A stretch of DNA of 64,000 nt from Octopus vulgaris (GCA_951406725.2 OX597814.1:195610001-195674000); one strand, 5' to 3'. Counted from the first letter of the stretch, positions 1-14,342 are shown. The notes: generated from the letters alone by a model not told the origin. Program-made: numbers and translations.

Positions 1-960
1 TTTGTTCCACGTCCTCGCGTTGTTGTGTTTTCATATTTGGATTAATTGCGAATCCTCTGTACCCCAGGATGGTTCAGCTCTCCACTCGTTAAAAAAGCCA
101 CCGTTTACAGAATGAGGATAACAATGTAGCTTTCGCGCCCGTGCAACATCCAGTCTATCGCGTGTGGTGGGTGGATCTTCAAGTTGCCACACGCATTCTT
201 AGTAGCTTAGATTAGGGTCGAATTAGAGATTATTCTTTGTGGCTAATGGTGTGAGTTCTGACTGGAAAAAGAAGAAGAAGAAGAAGAAGAAGAAGAACTA
301 CTGCACAGACACGCATAGCACTTAATATAGCACTAATAAGAAGACGCTTTCACAACTGTGAAGTTTTGTCTAAAAGTGAGAAGCTCTATACATATTAACT
401 GAATAGCTGAGGAGATATAACGACACACATAGAGACTTGCATTATCTAAGTCACAAATTAATACACTACGACGCATTCTTAATGGTGTATTTACCTATCT
501 GTCAGGCCACAGAAAATATTTCACCTGCAATATACAGTCAAGTGGTTAAATAGCTCACACTCAAACGGTGAAACATGAGATTGATTGGGGACTAACATAT
601 TTAATTTAGCGAGCCTGAACATGTTTAATCACAATTACACCAGTATGGAAGAGGAAAATTCACTTGTTGCGTTGATGAATTCTTGTGAGAAAAAAAAAAG
701 TGAGGTAGGTAATTCCATGATCCAAATTAATTGGAAATTGAATTGGATCCTGGAGTGGTGGAATGAAGAAGGTATTCTTGTGATGAAATATAAAATTTGA
801 AGGAAGCTGAATTCAGTTATATTCTAACATTCCTGATATCTTTGGTAGTTTCGCTAATTTTATTAATTACAGAACCCTATTAATACTAATTCAAGCTCTA
901 ATTTAAGCTCTTTGTCTATATTAGACCTGTGGTTATTGAGGAAGAAGCTGAGATAATAAT

Positions 961-1343
961 CGTGGCACTCCGTCGGTTACGACGATGAAGGTTCCAGTTC
1001 ATATGATCAATGGAACAGCCTGCTCGTGAAATTAACATGCAAGTGGCTGAGCACTCCACAGATACGTCTACCCTTAACGTAGTTCTCAGGGAGATTTAGC
1101 GTGACACAGAGTGTGACAAGGCTGGCCCTTTGAAATACAGGTACAACAGAAACAGGAAGAAAGAGTGAGAGAAAGTTGTGGTGAAAGAGTACAGCAGGGT
1201 TCGCCACTACCCCCTGTCGGAGCCTCGTGGAATTTTAGGTATTTTCGCTCAATAAACACTCAGAACGCTCAGTTGGGGAATCGAAACCGCGATACTATGA
1301 CCACGAGTCCGCTGCCCTAACCACTGGGTCATTGCGCCTCCAC
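961..1343 (-). mobile_element. tRNA-derived SINE, family B
   Basis: The minus strand starts GTGGAGGCGCAATGACCCAGTGGTTAGGGC with a GTTTCGATTCC B box. Related copies or fragments lie near 3080-3380(+), 6495-6748(-), 12539-13075(+), 17640-17987(+), 20530-20740(-), 21445-21752(-), 21955-22258(+), 34330-34530(+), 45742-45887(-) and 63812-63978(-). Confidence 0.85.
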
Positions 1344-1668
1344 TGAAACGATAATAAAATGCTGTGTTAAATGAGTTGCAATAATTAGTTTTGTCGATGG
1401 GGCTAACTTTACCTTTCATCTGCCCATCTCTCCACAAAAGCTGTGACTTTCTGTCAACAAAAGAAATCCATATTCTCTCTCTGTATCTGGCAAACAGCCG
1501 TAATAAATTCAATCTCCCAGGGAGCCAAATCTGAGATTCAGTTTCAAATCCTTGTTCCGGCCACTAAGCTTTACGTATTTTCTCGGTGAACATCACAACG
1601 TTATTTCGTTTCTGTATTTGGTTTGCAAGGTTCTTGATGTGAATTCGCGTGTTCAAACAAATTTTGTT

Positions 1669-2047
1669 TGCAAATAATAAAACAACACACACACAGGTTC
1701 AATTCCACTTCTTTATTGTTAGTCAACTGATTAAATGTCTAACCAACTAATCGATCGTTTGTTTAATATGTTGGTTAAACAACCAATAGATTGTTTGTTT
1801 GTTTGTCAGTCAAATTCCTTTCGTCGCTCTTCGCGATCTTTTCAGTGACTTGGTGACTTCTCTTCTCGTTTCAAGGTGTGCAACGAAAGAACTTTCACAA
1901 ACAAACAAAGAAACAAACAAGCAACAACCGATGGATTGTGTAGCTAACACATGAAACAAACGATCGATTAGTTAGTTAGATATTTACCCAATTGGCTAAC
2001 AATAAAGAACTGGAATCGAACCTGTGTGTATGTTATTATTATTTACA
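1669..2047. mobile_element. MITE-like foldback element with ~135-bp imperfect terminal inverted repeats
   Basis: 1669-~1805 (aaataataaaacaacacacacacaggttcaattccac...aatcgatcgtttgttt) is the imperfect reverse complement of ~1897-2047. Ends are TG...CA; no TSD found. Confidence 0.65.
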
Positions 2048-2183
2048 TAATGACCCTCCCAAGACAACAAAATCACAACGTTAAATTCATGTTTATTTTC
2101 TTTCTGAAAATACTCGTGTTTTGTGTCTTGTTTATGTCCTGACATGTAGATTTACGAAGGCAGGAAACTGGTAGAATCATTGA

Positions 2184-2598
2184 GGCGGCGAGCTGGCAAA
2201 ATCGTTAGCGTGCCGGGCGAGATGCTTAGTGGTATTTCGTCTGTCGTTACGTTCTGAGTTCAAATTCCGCCGAGGTCGACTTTGCCTTTCATCCTTCCGG
2301 GGTCCATTAAATAAGTACCAGTTACGCACTGGGGTCGATATAATCGACTTAATCCGTTTGTCTGTCCTTGTTTGTCCACTCTGTGTTTAGCCCCTTGTGG
2401 GTAGTAAAGAAATAGGTATTTCGTCTGCCGCTACGTTCTGAGTTCAAATTCCGCCGAGGTCGACTTTGCCTTTCATCCTTTCAGGGTCGATAAATTAAGC
2501 ACTAGTTACGCACTGGGGTCGATGTATTCGACTTAATCCGTTTGTCTGTCCTTGTTTGTCCCTCTATGTTTAGCCCCTTGTGGGCAATAAAGAAATAA
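2184..2598 (+). mobile_element. tRNA-derived SINE, family A, dimeric form
   Basis: Head GGCGGCGAGCTGGCA, B box GAGTTCAAATTCC, central GTCGACTTTGCCTTTCATCCTTTCGGGGTCGAT domain, and a second headless unit. Other dimers at ~8710-9124, 10985-11390, 20749-21172 and 51655-51998(-). Monomers or fragments at 3651-3882(-), 5620-5800(-), 60448-60610 and 63663-63807(-). Confidence 0.9.
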
Positions 2599-4960
2599 GA
2601 AACGTTAGAGTGTTGGAAAAGTACATTATAGTATTTGTTTCAGTTTTATACATTACGAGTTCAAATCCTACCGACGTCGACTTTGTCTTTCATCGGCGCA
2701 AGAGGCCGATGAAAAGAAAGCGTCGGACATCATACTGGCTTAGATGTAATCGACTAACCCCTTACCCCCAAATTGTTGACTGTGCTTAATTCGGGTATCA
2801 TTGTTACCATTCTCTGTGTGAATGACTACCAGTTAAAGAATCAACGGTTTATATATCACCCATGGCACTGTACTGCATCATTAACCGAATCATTTATCTT
2901 TCACTACCTTTGTTTTCTTAAATTTAAATATTTACAGTGTTAAATAATTAATTAACTAGATTTTAAGCAGGTTGAAGTGCTGAGTTTACCTTTATTTACT
3001 AAGGTTTTGTGAAAATAACAGGGAACTATGTCAATATCTAATTTCCAGATGAAGATTCGTTTTGTTACTATCAGTAGGGTGGAGGCACATGGCCTGGTGC
3101 TTAGAGCAGCGAACTCGCGGTCGAGGGATCGCGGGTTCGAATCTCAGATCAGGCGATGTGTGTTTTTATGAGCAAAACATTTAAGCTCCACGCTGCTCCG
3201 ACAGAAGGTAATGGCGAACCTCTGCTGACTCTTTCGCCACAACTTTCTCTCACACTTTCCTCCTGCATCTTGCAGATCACCTGCACGGACCGGCGTCTCG
3301 TCCAGATGGGGAACATATACGCCAATGAAACCGGGAAACCGGCCCTTGTGAGACAGGTGTGGCTTAAGAAGGAACAAACCATCAGCAGGATTTTAAAATA
3401 AACAGATTTTCAACAGCATGAAGCAGCAGAAAATAGAAAAAAAGAAGAAAAAAAGTGAATCACCCAAACTGATTTACTCCAAATTTCAGATCCAGTTTAG
3501 ATTTTAAAAAAAAGAAGGTGGAGGCATGTGGTTTAGTGGTTTGGGTATTGGATTCATGATCGTAAGATCGTAGTTTCGAATCCTGGACGGGAGACGTCTT
3601 GTGTTCTTGAGGAAAATAATTCAATTTCACGCTGCTCCAACCTACTTATATTTCTTTATTGCCCACAAGGGGCTAAGCAAAGAGGGGACAAACAAGGACA
3701 GACAAACGGATTAAGTCGATTACATCGACCCCAGTGCGAAACTGGTACTTAATTTATCGACACCGAAAGAATGAAAGGCAAAGTCGATCTCGGCGTAATT
3801 TGAACTCAGAAACGTAACGGCAGACGAAATACTGCTACGCATTTCGCCCGGCGTGCTAACGCTTCTGCCAAGCTCGCCGCCTTTACTCCAATCTGCTTAA
3901 CCGGCAAAAATGAGAAATCCTCCGACGGACCGGCGTCCCATCCAGGGTGGGTGCGCAATATATACGCCATGGAAACCGGGAAACCGGCCCCTATGTATAT
4001 GACTCTGGAAAGAACTTTAACTTCTTTTTATTGTTCAGATAAATATATATATATATCATGGAATAACAAAACAAGAGTAAAAAAAACAAACAAAACAGGC
4101 AGGGAAATCAATCTCCTGGTTCCGGTTTTCTTGATATAACAAAGAAAGGAATCAACGCAAATAAGGGGCTGGCATTCTTGTATTCCTTTTTTTATCAAAT
4201 CTTTGTACTTTTGAAAAGTATAAATTCTAAAGATGGTTTCATTCTTCAAATGAATTTAATTATTTGACTGATTTTCCTCTGATTTTCTCTTGTTTGCCAA
4301 GAGCTTTGAACATTAATTGAAAATAGTTTCGTTTCCTGTTCCGCGGAAGAGATTTTGAAAGTACCCCAAGAAAAGCGACCTTCTTTTCTTTAGAAATAGA
4401 CTTTATAGAAGAAAACAATAAGCTTGTAATAAAGGATATTTCTTTGATGGTCATTAAGTATTGGCAATCTTCGCAATCTTATAAACACTACGTTAAGGAG
4501 AATAAGAGATTTGAAAAGAAATCCGATAACTGAATTAATCTCTTTGAAGAGAGAGTACAGTAAAATGATTGGCGGACAGGAGGGGGTGGTGGGGAATAAA
4601 TCCGTCTGGACGAGAAAGAAGGGAATAAATTTCTAACACATTTTTTCGAGTGAAAGATACTTAAAAGTGTTCTAATTCCACTGTAGATAAATAACAACAA
4701 AAGAAATAAATCCATTGCTGTCACTTGCAAGCGAACATGGCTTGCTAGAATGTTCCAAGCTTTCCGTAATTGTTTAAAGTACTTAATGTTGCTAGCAGTC
4801 AACCTCTCGGATCTCTCATTCTTAGTCCGGCAGAACATCCAGAATGTGGTAGTTTGAGATCAAGGGCCTTACTCTAGGACACTAACCATCGTTAGGTCCA
4901 AGAGTTGAACGTAGAAACTAACGATCATGAACCAAACCTCTAGGCCATACAAATATACTA

Positions 4961-5194
4961 TAAAGGCGGCGAGCTGGCAGAGACGTTAGCACGCCGGGCG
5001 AAATACTTAGCGGTATTTCGTCTGCCGTTACGTTCTGAGTTCAAATTCCGCCGAGATCGACTTTGCCTTTCATCCTTTCGGGATTAATAAATAAGTACCA
5101 GTTACGCACTGGGGTCGATGTAATCGACTTAATACCTATGTCTGTCCTTGTTTGCCCCCTCTATGTTTAGCCCCTTGTGGGCAATAAAGAAATA
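4961..5194 (+). mobile_element. Family A SINE monomer with 12-bp TSD
   Basis: ACAAATATACTA is duplicated at 4949-4960 and 5195-5206. Confidence 0.9.
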
Positions 5195-5389
5195 ACAAAT
5201 ATACTAATACATAGCAAGGTAACAGCTTTAGACACTCAGACACACATATATACACATCCACACGTACTCGTACACACAAACACTGCTTGCTTGATGATGG
5301 TCAACTTATAAATTTTATATATTTTGATGACTGTAAATCCGATTCTTTGATGTACAGCTCCTATTGAAGCGAGACATCTAAATATTTGG

Positions 5390-6190
5390 TCGCAGAACTC
5401 CGGTGGTGATAAGCAGAGGCGAAAGGGACAGTTAAAGGATGTTATTAGATGTGTTCAGCTTTGACCCTGCTCACAGGCGTCCAAAGGGTAATGGTTGTTC
5501 TCAACAGACCCTGGCCAGATGTTTATGGCGATGTCTTTCTGAAACCTAATTCATCGAAGCAACAAGAGAATCCACTAGCGTCGATTCAATTCTGCAGGTT
5601 TTGATTCAACGTAGGGTTTCTTATTTCTTTACTGCCCACATGGGGCTATACACAGAGAGGACAAACAAGGACAGACAAACGGATTAAGTTGATTATATCG
5701 ATCCCAGTGCGTAACTGGTACTTATTTAATCGACCCCGAAAAGATGAAAATACCGTTAAGCATTTCGCCCGGCTTGCTAACGTTTCTGCCAACTCGCTGG
5801 TATACATAGAAACGTAGGGTTTCTATGTATGCAATCATCGCTTACTAGCTGATTAACAGAATATTCTGGAGATACTGAATGTTAAAAGCACCGAGTTATT
5901 GTAGTTGTATTAAGAAAGTGGCGAGGAGAGAATGTGTTATGATGTTCTTTTGATAAATGACCTCACTTTTCTGGATGATTAGTACCCAAGTCACTCTTTA
6001 AGAAACCTTAACAGCTGCCGAGATGGCGATCCGTAAGGCATCCGGTTAGATAATTACCAGAGCGCTCTCATCAGCATACGGTAGCTTAAGAATCTGTTCA
6101 GATCTAAGCTTGATTATGGCTTCAAGTCTTCTTATGTTGAAAAGCTTGCCGTTGAATCGTTGAATCGGAAGTTAAAAGTAAAATCATTCC
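5390..6190 (-). pseudogene. Decayed RTE-clade LINE reverse transcriptase fragment
   Basis: Hand translation of the minus strand near 6050-6160 gives NGKLFNIRRLEAIIKLRSEQILKLPYADESALVI, matching the RTE DGKLFNLRRL...LL(F/Y)ADD region. Interrupted by a SINE. Confidence 0.6.
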
Positions 6191-8000
6191 GAACTTCCTT
6201 CCGGTTGTCCTTCTGTGTAACAGTGAGGTCATAAAAGAATGAAGAAGATATGAACCTGTACAGGAACCAGTACAGCGTTACCTAACACCTGCTTTGACAC
6301 TGAAGTAATATAAAAGTGTAGATAATCACCGAGACTCCTTTCGGGATCGATAAAATAAGTACCATTTGAAGACTGGGATCGAACGAATCGACTTATCCCT
6401 TGCCGAAATTTGAAATCAGTACATTATTATACAGGCAAGGTGATACTCATACACTCACTTTTGATTGCCATTTTAATTATAAAAAAAATTAAAAAATAAA
6501 TGCGCCCTTTTAAAGCCTATCCAACCTCATGGGCCCGGTTTCCTGGTTTCAATGGCGTATGCGTTCCCCAGCTGGACAGAACACCAGTCCATCGCATCGT
6601 TACTCATTTTCGCCAGCTGAGTGGACTGGAGCAAATTGAAATGAAGTGTTTTGCCCAAGAACACAACTCGTCGCCCGGTCCAGGAATCGAAACCACAATC
6701 TTACGATCATGATGCTGACAGCCTAACCACTAAGCCACGCACCTCCACCATTTTAATTATACCAGTTACAATGTCACTGTGTTCTTTAGAATTGCTAGAA
6801 ATAGCAACCATATCTCTTTCAAACCACAGTTTACAGACTAATAGTACATTCTAAGGAAGGACATGCACGATAATGTAGTTCTATATGCATCAAAGATCGA
6901 AGTCGAGGGATCATGGTCCAGTGGTTAGGCTGTTGCACTCACGATCACGCGATCGCATTTTCAATTCCTGAACCGGGTGGTGTGTTCTGTTCTTGAGCAA
7001 AAGAATTTTTCTCTGCGGTCTTTCGACACCTAATGTGTGGTACAACATGGACCCGTTCAGGCAACGTCGATTTGATGGAGAAAGCGAGCTATGCCGTCGG
7101 GAACTTCGGTTCCTGGTAGAGTCACCCAAGGCGGATTGGTCTGACACCTAGTGGTATTAAGGCCACAACTCGGCAGACGGGGCTCTGGTGAAAATCCCCG
7201 GAGTGTCTGTTTCGGCAACCGGCGGCTCCTCGGTCGTTCTGTCTCTGCGTCTGCGGACAATCTGCGGCAAACAAGATGTCTCTACATGCGGGATTGTTGG
7301 GGACCGTTTGTGAAATCCACATATTCCCACGAAACTTCTTCCAATCAAGAAGCCTACTCAACCTGCCCAGGGTGAATGTCGCCACAAGTACAAGTACAAG
7401 TATGAATATTTGATCACTATAAACAAATCATTTGAACAGGTCATTCAGCAACAATCTGTAGAGCCTTCTTTCTACGATTACGACAGTCTGCCATCATATG
7501 CATAAAAAAGATAGGCCGCTTATATAAAGCACGAACATCTTACGTCATAAGTACGCACTTTTAAGTTTGTTCTTAGGCTAAACAGCATTAACACCAACAA
7601 CACAATCGATGATTATTTGTAATATATTAAGTAGGAAGCTGCTATTCGTTCTCTCTCTCAACAAACCTAAGTACAGCTACACTTTATCCTATGTGAACTG
7701 GTACATATAATTTTACTACTGTGTATTTCACGTGTATATTTTTATTCACATTACTCACACACAAACACATATGTATTTAGGTATTAGATACGTAAAATTT
7801 TCTTTCTCCAGCAACTATGATGATATTGATATCATATTAGACGCTAACATCTCCGAATGGGCATCATTTAATTTGCCATCCCGTTGCTTTGTTATATATA
7901 TATATTTTTCATTTTCCATCAACATTCTCTTGTTCTCTCACATCCGCCACCAGTGTTTACTCAATGTTTATTAGTTACTGTCCCTGATTTACTTTTATAA

Positions 8001-8204
8001 CTAATTTCTCTTTACAACTCCATTATATCTCACGGTGAGATAATATCTCGAGGCCATTCTCTCACAGTTGGTAATTACGTGAATACTATCCTCCATTTTG
8101 ATTTTTGCATTGTCTGGATATATTTTTAGCATGTGGGTTTTATCAATAATTTCTTGATTCTGAATTCTATGGAGGGAAATTTCAAGGTTATCAGAAATAA
8201 ACAC
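8001..8204 (-). pseudogene. Decayed RLE-type (R4/Dong-like) retrotransposon fragment
   Basis: IQNQEI...EDSIHVITNCERMASRYYLTVRYNGV resembles AQEQSL...ETINHIISSCPVLTKNEYIHRHDRV of the element at 36260-36805. Confidence 0.45.
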
Positions 8205-9476
8205 GCCGACACACCCTTCCGAGTTTTTAGTACATCTTATTCTCTCGATAGTCTGTGTTCTTTAGATCCTTTAATGGATGCAGTACGTTTACGTTGATCT
8301 TTTTTTTCCCTTCAAAAATTTAGCGAGAGAGATAGGGTGCGTCCATAACTTTCTTAGAAAAAAATCAATCTTTCTGATCCCGCTTCGTTTTCAAAATCGT
8401 AGAAGCTTCAAAGGAGAAGTTTCAAAGTTGTTACTCGAGCCTCTAAAAGAGCAGCCAAAGCTCCCTCAAGTTACACAACGTTGTGTTAAGAGAAGGGAAG
8501 GACGTGGTAATGTAATCCAAGGTCCTAGATGTCTCTAAAATGGTTGAATGATCAAAGCTGAAATGAGTTATATCAAAGATCTGCTTAATCATGATTGATC
8601 GTGTAACAGCAGCAGCAGCAGCAATAACAAAAGCGTCAACGACAAAAACAACAACAACAACACATATCAACATCTCATAGGTGATGAAGACAGATGTGAA
8701 AACTCAATAGGCGGCGAGCTGGCAGAAACGTTAGCAGGCCGGGCGAAATGCTGAGCGGTGTTTCGTCTGCTGCCACGTTCTGAGTTCAAATACCGCCGAG
8801 GTCGACTTTGCCTTTCATCCTTTCGGGGTCAATTAAATAAGTACCAGTTACGCACTGGGGTCGATATGATCGACTTAATACGTTTGTCTGTCCTTGTTTG
8901 TCCTCTCTGTGTTTAGCCCCTTGTGGGTAGTAAAGAAATAGATATTTCGTCTGCCGTTACGTTCTGAGTTCGAATTCCGCCGAGGTCGACTTTGCCTTTC
9001 ATCCTTTCGGGGTCGATGAATTAAGTACCAGTCACGCATTGGGGTCGATGTAATCGACTTAATCCCTTTGTCTGTCCTTGTTTGTCCCCTCTATGTTTAG
9101 CCCCTTGTGGGCAATAAAGAAATAAGATGTGAAAACTCATCTTCTCCGCTTGTTATCCATTCTCTTCCTCGTCTCCTACTTTCATTTTATTTATATTTCA
9201 AAAGTTTTCTCGTACTTTTGTTTTCAATTGCAAAGTCTTTGCTTAGATACTCATTCTCACATCATGAACACATCGAAATTATATTTCCAATCATATGAAA
9301 TACTTCGAATATTATTTTAGGAAATATAAAGTAATTTCTTTTGTGCCGTAAACCATTTACCATTTCTGTGGCGCTCACTTCCCTTGATACTTTAAAGCCT
9401 TGTGAGTGAATCTGGTAGACGGAAACTGTATAGAAGCCCGCTGTATAAATACATGTGTATTTTTAAAGTCTGTATG

Positions 9477-9530
<54 letters not shown>

Positions 9531-9740
9531 CCTGCTCGCTTAGCCAGCAGGGTGGCGTCATTTGAAGGCTAAAACAATGCGAAGCGCATTGTGACCAGCG
9601 ATGTGTAGCCTGGTCGGTCACGGTGATCACGGTGATATATATATATATATCGATTTCTTTTACCGAACCACTAACTGACAGGGACGTCAACAAACTAATG
9701 CCAGTCGTCAAGCGGTGAAGAAACAAACACAAATAGAAAG

Positions 9741-9825
<85 letters not shown>

Positions 9826-9873
9826 GTTTAAATATTTATTGGCTAAACTGGCAAAATGACCATTCCGAAATAT

Positions 9874-9912
<39 letters not shown>

Positions 9913-10250
9913 TGTGTGTGTGTGTGTGTGTGCCTTTCTATTTGTGTTTGTTTCTTCACCACTTGACGACTGGCATTGGTTTCTTGACGTCCCTGTAAGT
10001 TAGTGGTTCGGTAAAAGAAATCGATAGACTAAAAACCAAACGTAAAAGATATGCACTGGTGTCGATTCGTTCGACTTAACTCGTCAAGACGTTGTCCAAT
10101 GATTGAATCAAGTAAGAGTCAAAAGAAACTACGAACAATGCCATTCCAAAGCTGGACAATTAATTAAAACCGGCATTTTGTTCTAATTTAAAATAAATCT
10201 TTCCTCGGGAGACCTTAGATTTTATCTTTGAAAAAAAAAATGTAAAGTTC

Positions 10251-10635
10251 AGGCGCAGGAGTGGCTGTGTGGTAGGTAGCTTGCTTACCAACCACATGGT
10301 CCCGGGTTCAGTCCCACTGCGTGACACCTAAGGTAAGTGTCTTCTACTATAGCCTCTGGCCGACCAAAGCCTTGTGAGGGGATTTGGTAGACGGAAACCC
10401 GTCGTATATATGTATGTATGTGTGTGTATATATGTTGTGTATCTGTGTTTGTCCCCCCAACATCGCTTGACAACCGACGCTGGCGTGTTTACGTCCTCGT
10501 AACCCAGGGGTTCGGCAAAAGAGACCGATGGAAAAGTACAAGGCTTACAAAGAATAAGTCCTGGTGTTGATTTGATTCGACTAAAGGTAGTGCTCCAGCA
10601 TGGCTGCAGTCAAATGACTGAAACAAGTAAAAGAA
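10251..10635 (+). mobile_element. tRNA-derived SINE, family C
   Basis: Head GGCGCAGGAGTGGCTGTGTGG, B box GGGTTCAGTCCC, internal (TG/TA)n and tail GTGCTCCAGCATGGCTGCAGTCAAATGACTGAAAC. Copies near 11657-11880, 24485-24700(-), 26200-26595(-), 27325-27778, 55418-55580, 55590-55800(-) and 58513-58676(-). Confidence 0.85.
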
Positions 10636-13600
10636 AATTAAAGAAAATTCACAAAAAAAAACAAAAACTTTCAGGTTTACCAAAAACAGCTGCCATTCCT
10701 ACTTAATTTTGATGAGAACAGAATATATTTTGGTTGGATTCATTCCACGTTCATTGCTCAAACTTCTTATGCAATATATCATGTCAGAACAAGATGTCAG
10801 GGAGTGATTTGCATCGTAAATGTTATATTTCTAATATGGAGGTCGTAGAAACAAGTTGGGTTCATTTTGTCACTTTTCTCTCAGTTAATAAAATTACAAA
10901 CAGGGAATAATATCGTCTGATACAAAATATACGTTGTCATGGAAGGATATAGATAAATCTTTGCTGATATGTTGAAATGGATTAAGGCAGTGAGCTGGCA
11001 GAAACGTTAGCACGCCGGGCGAAATGCTTAGCAGTATTTCTTCTGTCGCTACGTTCTGAGTTCAAACTCCGCCGAGGTTGACTTTGCCTTTCATCCTTTC
11101 GGGATCGATTAAATAAGTACCAGTTACGCACTGGGGTCTATATAATCGACTTAATCCGTTTGTCTGCCCTTGTTTGTTCTGTCTGTGTTTAGGCCCTTGT
11201 GGGTAGTAAAGAAATAGGTATTTCGTCTGCCGTTACGTTCTGGGTTCAAATTCCGCCGATGTCGGCCTCGCCTTTCATCCTTTCGAGGTCCATGAAATAA
11301 GTAGCACTTGGGCTCTGGGGTCGATGTAATAGACTTACCCCCACCCCCAGAAATGGCTGGCTTTCTGCCAACCTTTCAAACCGATATGTAGAAACGCGTT
11401 TACAACAAGAATTTCAAATTTTTGTATTCGATATGAATTTTTCAACCCGAAACGTTTTCCTTTTCTACTACAAGTGCAAAAGGCACACAAAAAAGTGTAA
11501 TAATCAAGGGTCATGATAAGCAGCCCTTTAAATAATTGATTGGATGCATACTGCAATAAATTAGATTTAAATTGTATATCTAAGCTGATTGAGGTTGAGT
11601 GGGAGGTTTGCATTTCTAATTACTGGTGAATTAAGAAATTGATCAAGACATCAAACTGGCGCACGAGTGGCTGTGTAGTAAGAAAGTTGCTTCCCAACCA
11701 CATGGTCCCGGTTTCAGTCCCACTGCGTGGCACCTTTGGCAAGTGCCTTCTACAATAGCGGTTCGGCAAAAAACGACGGACAGACTAAGTACCAGCTTTT
11801 AAAAAAGAAATATGTTCTGGGGTCGATTCGTTCAACGAAAGTTCCAGCATGGCCGTAGTCTAATGACCGAATCAAGTAAACAATAAAAGACATTGGAAAT
11901 ATAGTTCTAGATATCAAGATATGCAAAAAAAACAAGCAAACAAACAAAAACACAAGATGAGGTTGTCACGGCCGGTAAGACTTTGATCAGATCTCTTTGT
12001 TCAAAGCTGACTGTGCAGTTATAATAACTACTACTGCACTGCAGTAGTTGCTTCTTACGTATTTATGACCAGACATGCATATTCGACAAGCCGCTTAAAC
12101 GATTTGTGAGAAAAGTCTCTGGTTTCATATTGTATTTATTTTTGAGACTCTTATATTTCCTCGTCAAACAGAAATACGATATAAATAGATATTAAAGCAG
12201 GGAATATTAGTTAGTTCTGTAGGATAAAGAATACTGCATTTAAGTACAGGAGAAAAAAATCTATCAAAACTAAGTTTCTTACTGATAATGTAGGACTGAA
12301 TTTTATAAAAGAAATTATGGAGAATATTGTAAAAGGCGTCGGTGAATAAAAGCGAAAAGGTAAGAAATGAGACAGAAAAAAATATGATTATAGCAACGAT
12401 ATAAACATTTACGAAGGAAATAACAATTCTTTTTACTATAGAGGCAAGGTCTAGAATTTTAGGGGCAGGGAAAAATCGATTACATCGATCCCTGTGCTCA
12501 GCTGGTATCTGTTTTATCGATATCTAAAGGATGTAATGTGGAGGCGCAATGGCCCAGCGGTTAGGGCAGCGAACTCGCGGTCGGAGGATCGCGATTTCGA
12601 TTCCCAGACCGAGCGTTGTGTGTGTTTATTGAGCGAAAACATCTAAAGCTCCACGAAGCCCCGGCTGTTGTTGTTGTTGTTGTTAAGCAACAAGAGGGGT
12701 AAGGGTGATTAGGTTATGGTCTAGGGCTTAGGGGCGGGAGACCCCAGAACTTGGAAAAAAAATACTTTGGTCGTCTTGTTGTAGTCGAGGGCTCTTCGTT
12801 GACGCCCGACACCACTGCGACGTGTCCCTCGAAGTCGCTGGAAATGGAGATCTCCAGTTCTAAATTCTTGAACGACCGAGGCTTCGGCAGGGGTTGTTGG
12901 CGACCCCTCTTGTACTCTTTCGCCCCAACTTTCTCTCACTCTTTCTTCCTGCTTCTTGAGTAACGGTGCGATGGACTGGTGTTCCGTCCAGTTGGGGGGG
13001 GGGGGACATATACGCCATAGAAACCAGGAAACCGGGCCCATGAGCCTGACTAGGCTTGAAAAGGGCGCATAAATAAATAAAAAAAGGATGAAATATGAAG
13101 TTGTCTTCGGCGGCATTTGAGTTCAGAACGTAAAGCCGGAAGGTGTGCTGCTAAGCATTTTGGTCTCAAATTTTGGCACAGGGCCATCAATTTTGTAGGA
13201 CTGGGGGCAAGTCGATTACATCGACTCCCAGAGCGCAACTAATATTTATTTATCGATTCCAAAAGGATGAAAGGTAAAGTCGACCTCAGCAGCATTTGAA
13301 TTCAGAACGTAAAATCAGAATGGGTACCGCTAAGTATTTTGTCCGATGCGGTAACTATTCATTCAGCTCATCAATCTTATTGTTTCAAATTTTTGCCCAA
13401 GGCCATCAATTTTACAGTAGCAAATTGGTCAATCACATCGATTCCAGTGCTCGATTGGCACTTATTTTATCGGTCCCAAAAGAATGATAGGCAAAGTCGA
13501 CCTCATCGGAATTTGGTAAGCGTAGAGAAATTTCGTAGAGCATCTTGTCCTAGATTCTACACATACTGTTTTCAACCGCCCTCATGTAACAGCCACCATA

Positions 13601-13694
13601 ATAATTCTCTCTAAGTTTTGGCCCAAAGCCAGCAATTTTGATGGGAAGGGCGAGTCGATTACATTGACTCTGATCCTTAACCGGTACTTATTTT

Positions 13695-14342
13695 GGATCT
13701 TTACCTTTTGACCGACAGATTTAAAAAATAATTTTTTGTAACTAAACACTTTCAATCTTCGGACACTGGTAGAATATGTCATATAAAACATATTTTACTC
13801 TTAGCGGTTTTGAGAAAACCTTATAATTAAGAAGTTATTTCACGTTAAAGTTGTAGTATTTCGGTAATTTCAACCGATCAATGACGTGTATTGAGCTAAA
13901 TAAAATTACTGCCGTTGTTTGTCAACAAGAACTTCCGGTGGTGTATATTTCGTTTGTCACTGTTATTTATGACAATCCTAACCCTAAACCTAAAATCCTA
14001 ACCCTAACACCCTAACCCTAAAACCCTAACCCAAGCCCTAAAACCTTAAAGCTAAAACCAGCACAAACGCACGAATGATGTCATAAATAACAGTGACAAA
14101 CGAAAAATATACCACCGATAGTTGTTGTTGACAAACAACGGCAGTAATTTTATTCAGCTGAATACACGACATTGATTGGTTGAAATTACCGCAATACTAC
14201 AACTTTAACGTGAAATAACTTCCAAAAAACCCTAGAGTAAAAGATGTTTTTTTTATGACAAATTCTACTAGTGTCCGAAGTTTGAAAGTATTTAGTTACA
14301 AAATATTATTTTTTAAATCTGTCGGTCAAAAGATAAAGATCC
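13695..14342. mobile_element. MITE with ~280-bp TIRs, 8-bp TSD and telomere-like centre
   Basis: Ends are GGATCTTTACCTTTTGACCGACAG and CTGTCGGTCAAAAGATAAAGATCC. TSD CTTATTTT at 13687-13694 and 14343-14350. The centre ~13977-14050 is degenerate (CCCTAA)n. Confidence 0.9.

Noticed and set aside
4050-4850. Possible decayed L1/Tx1 ORF2 end
   Set aside because: Only vague similarity, with no diagnostic motif intact.
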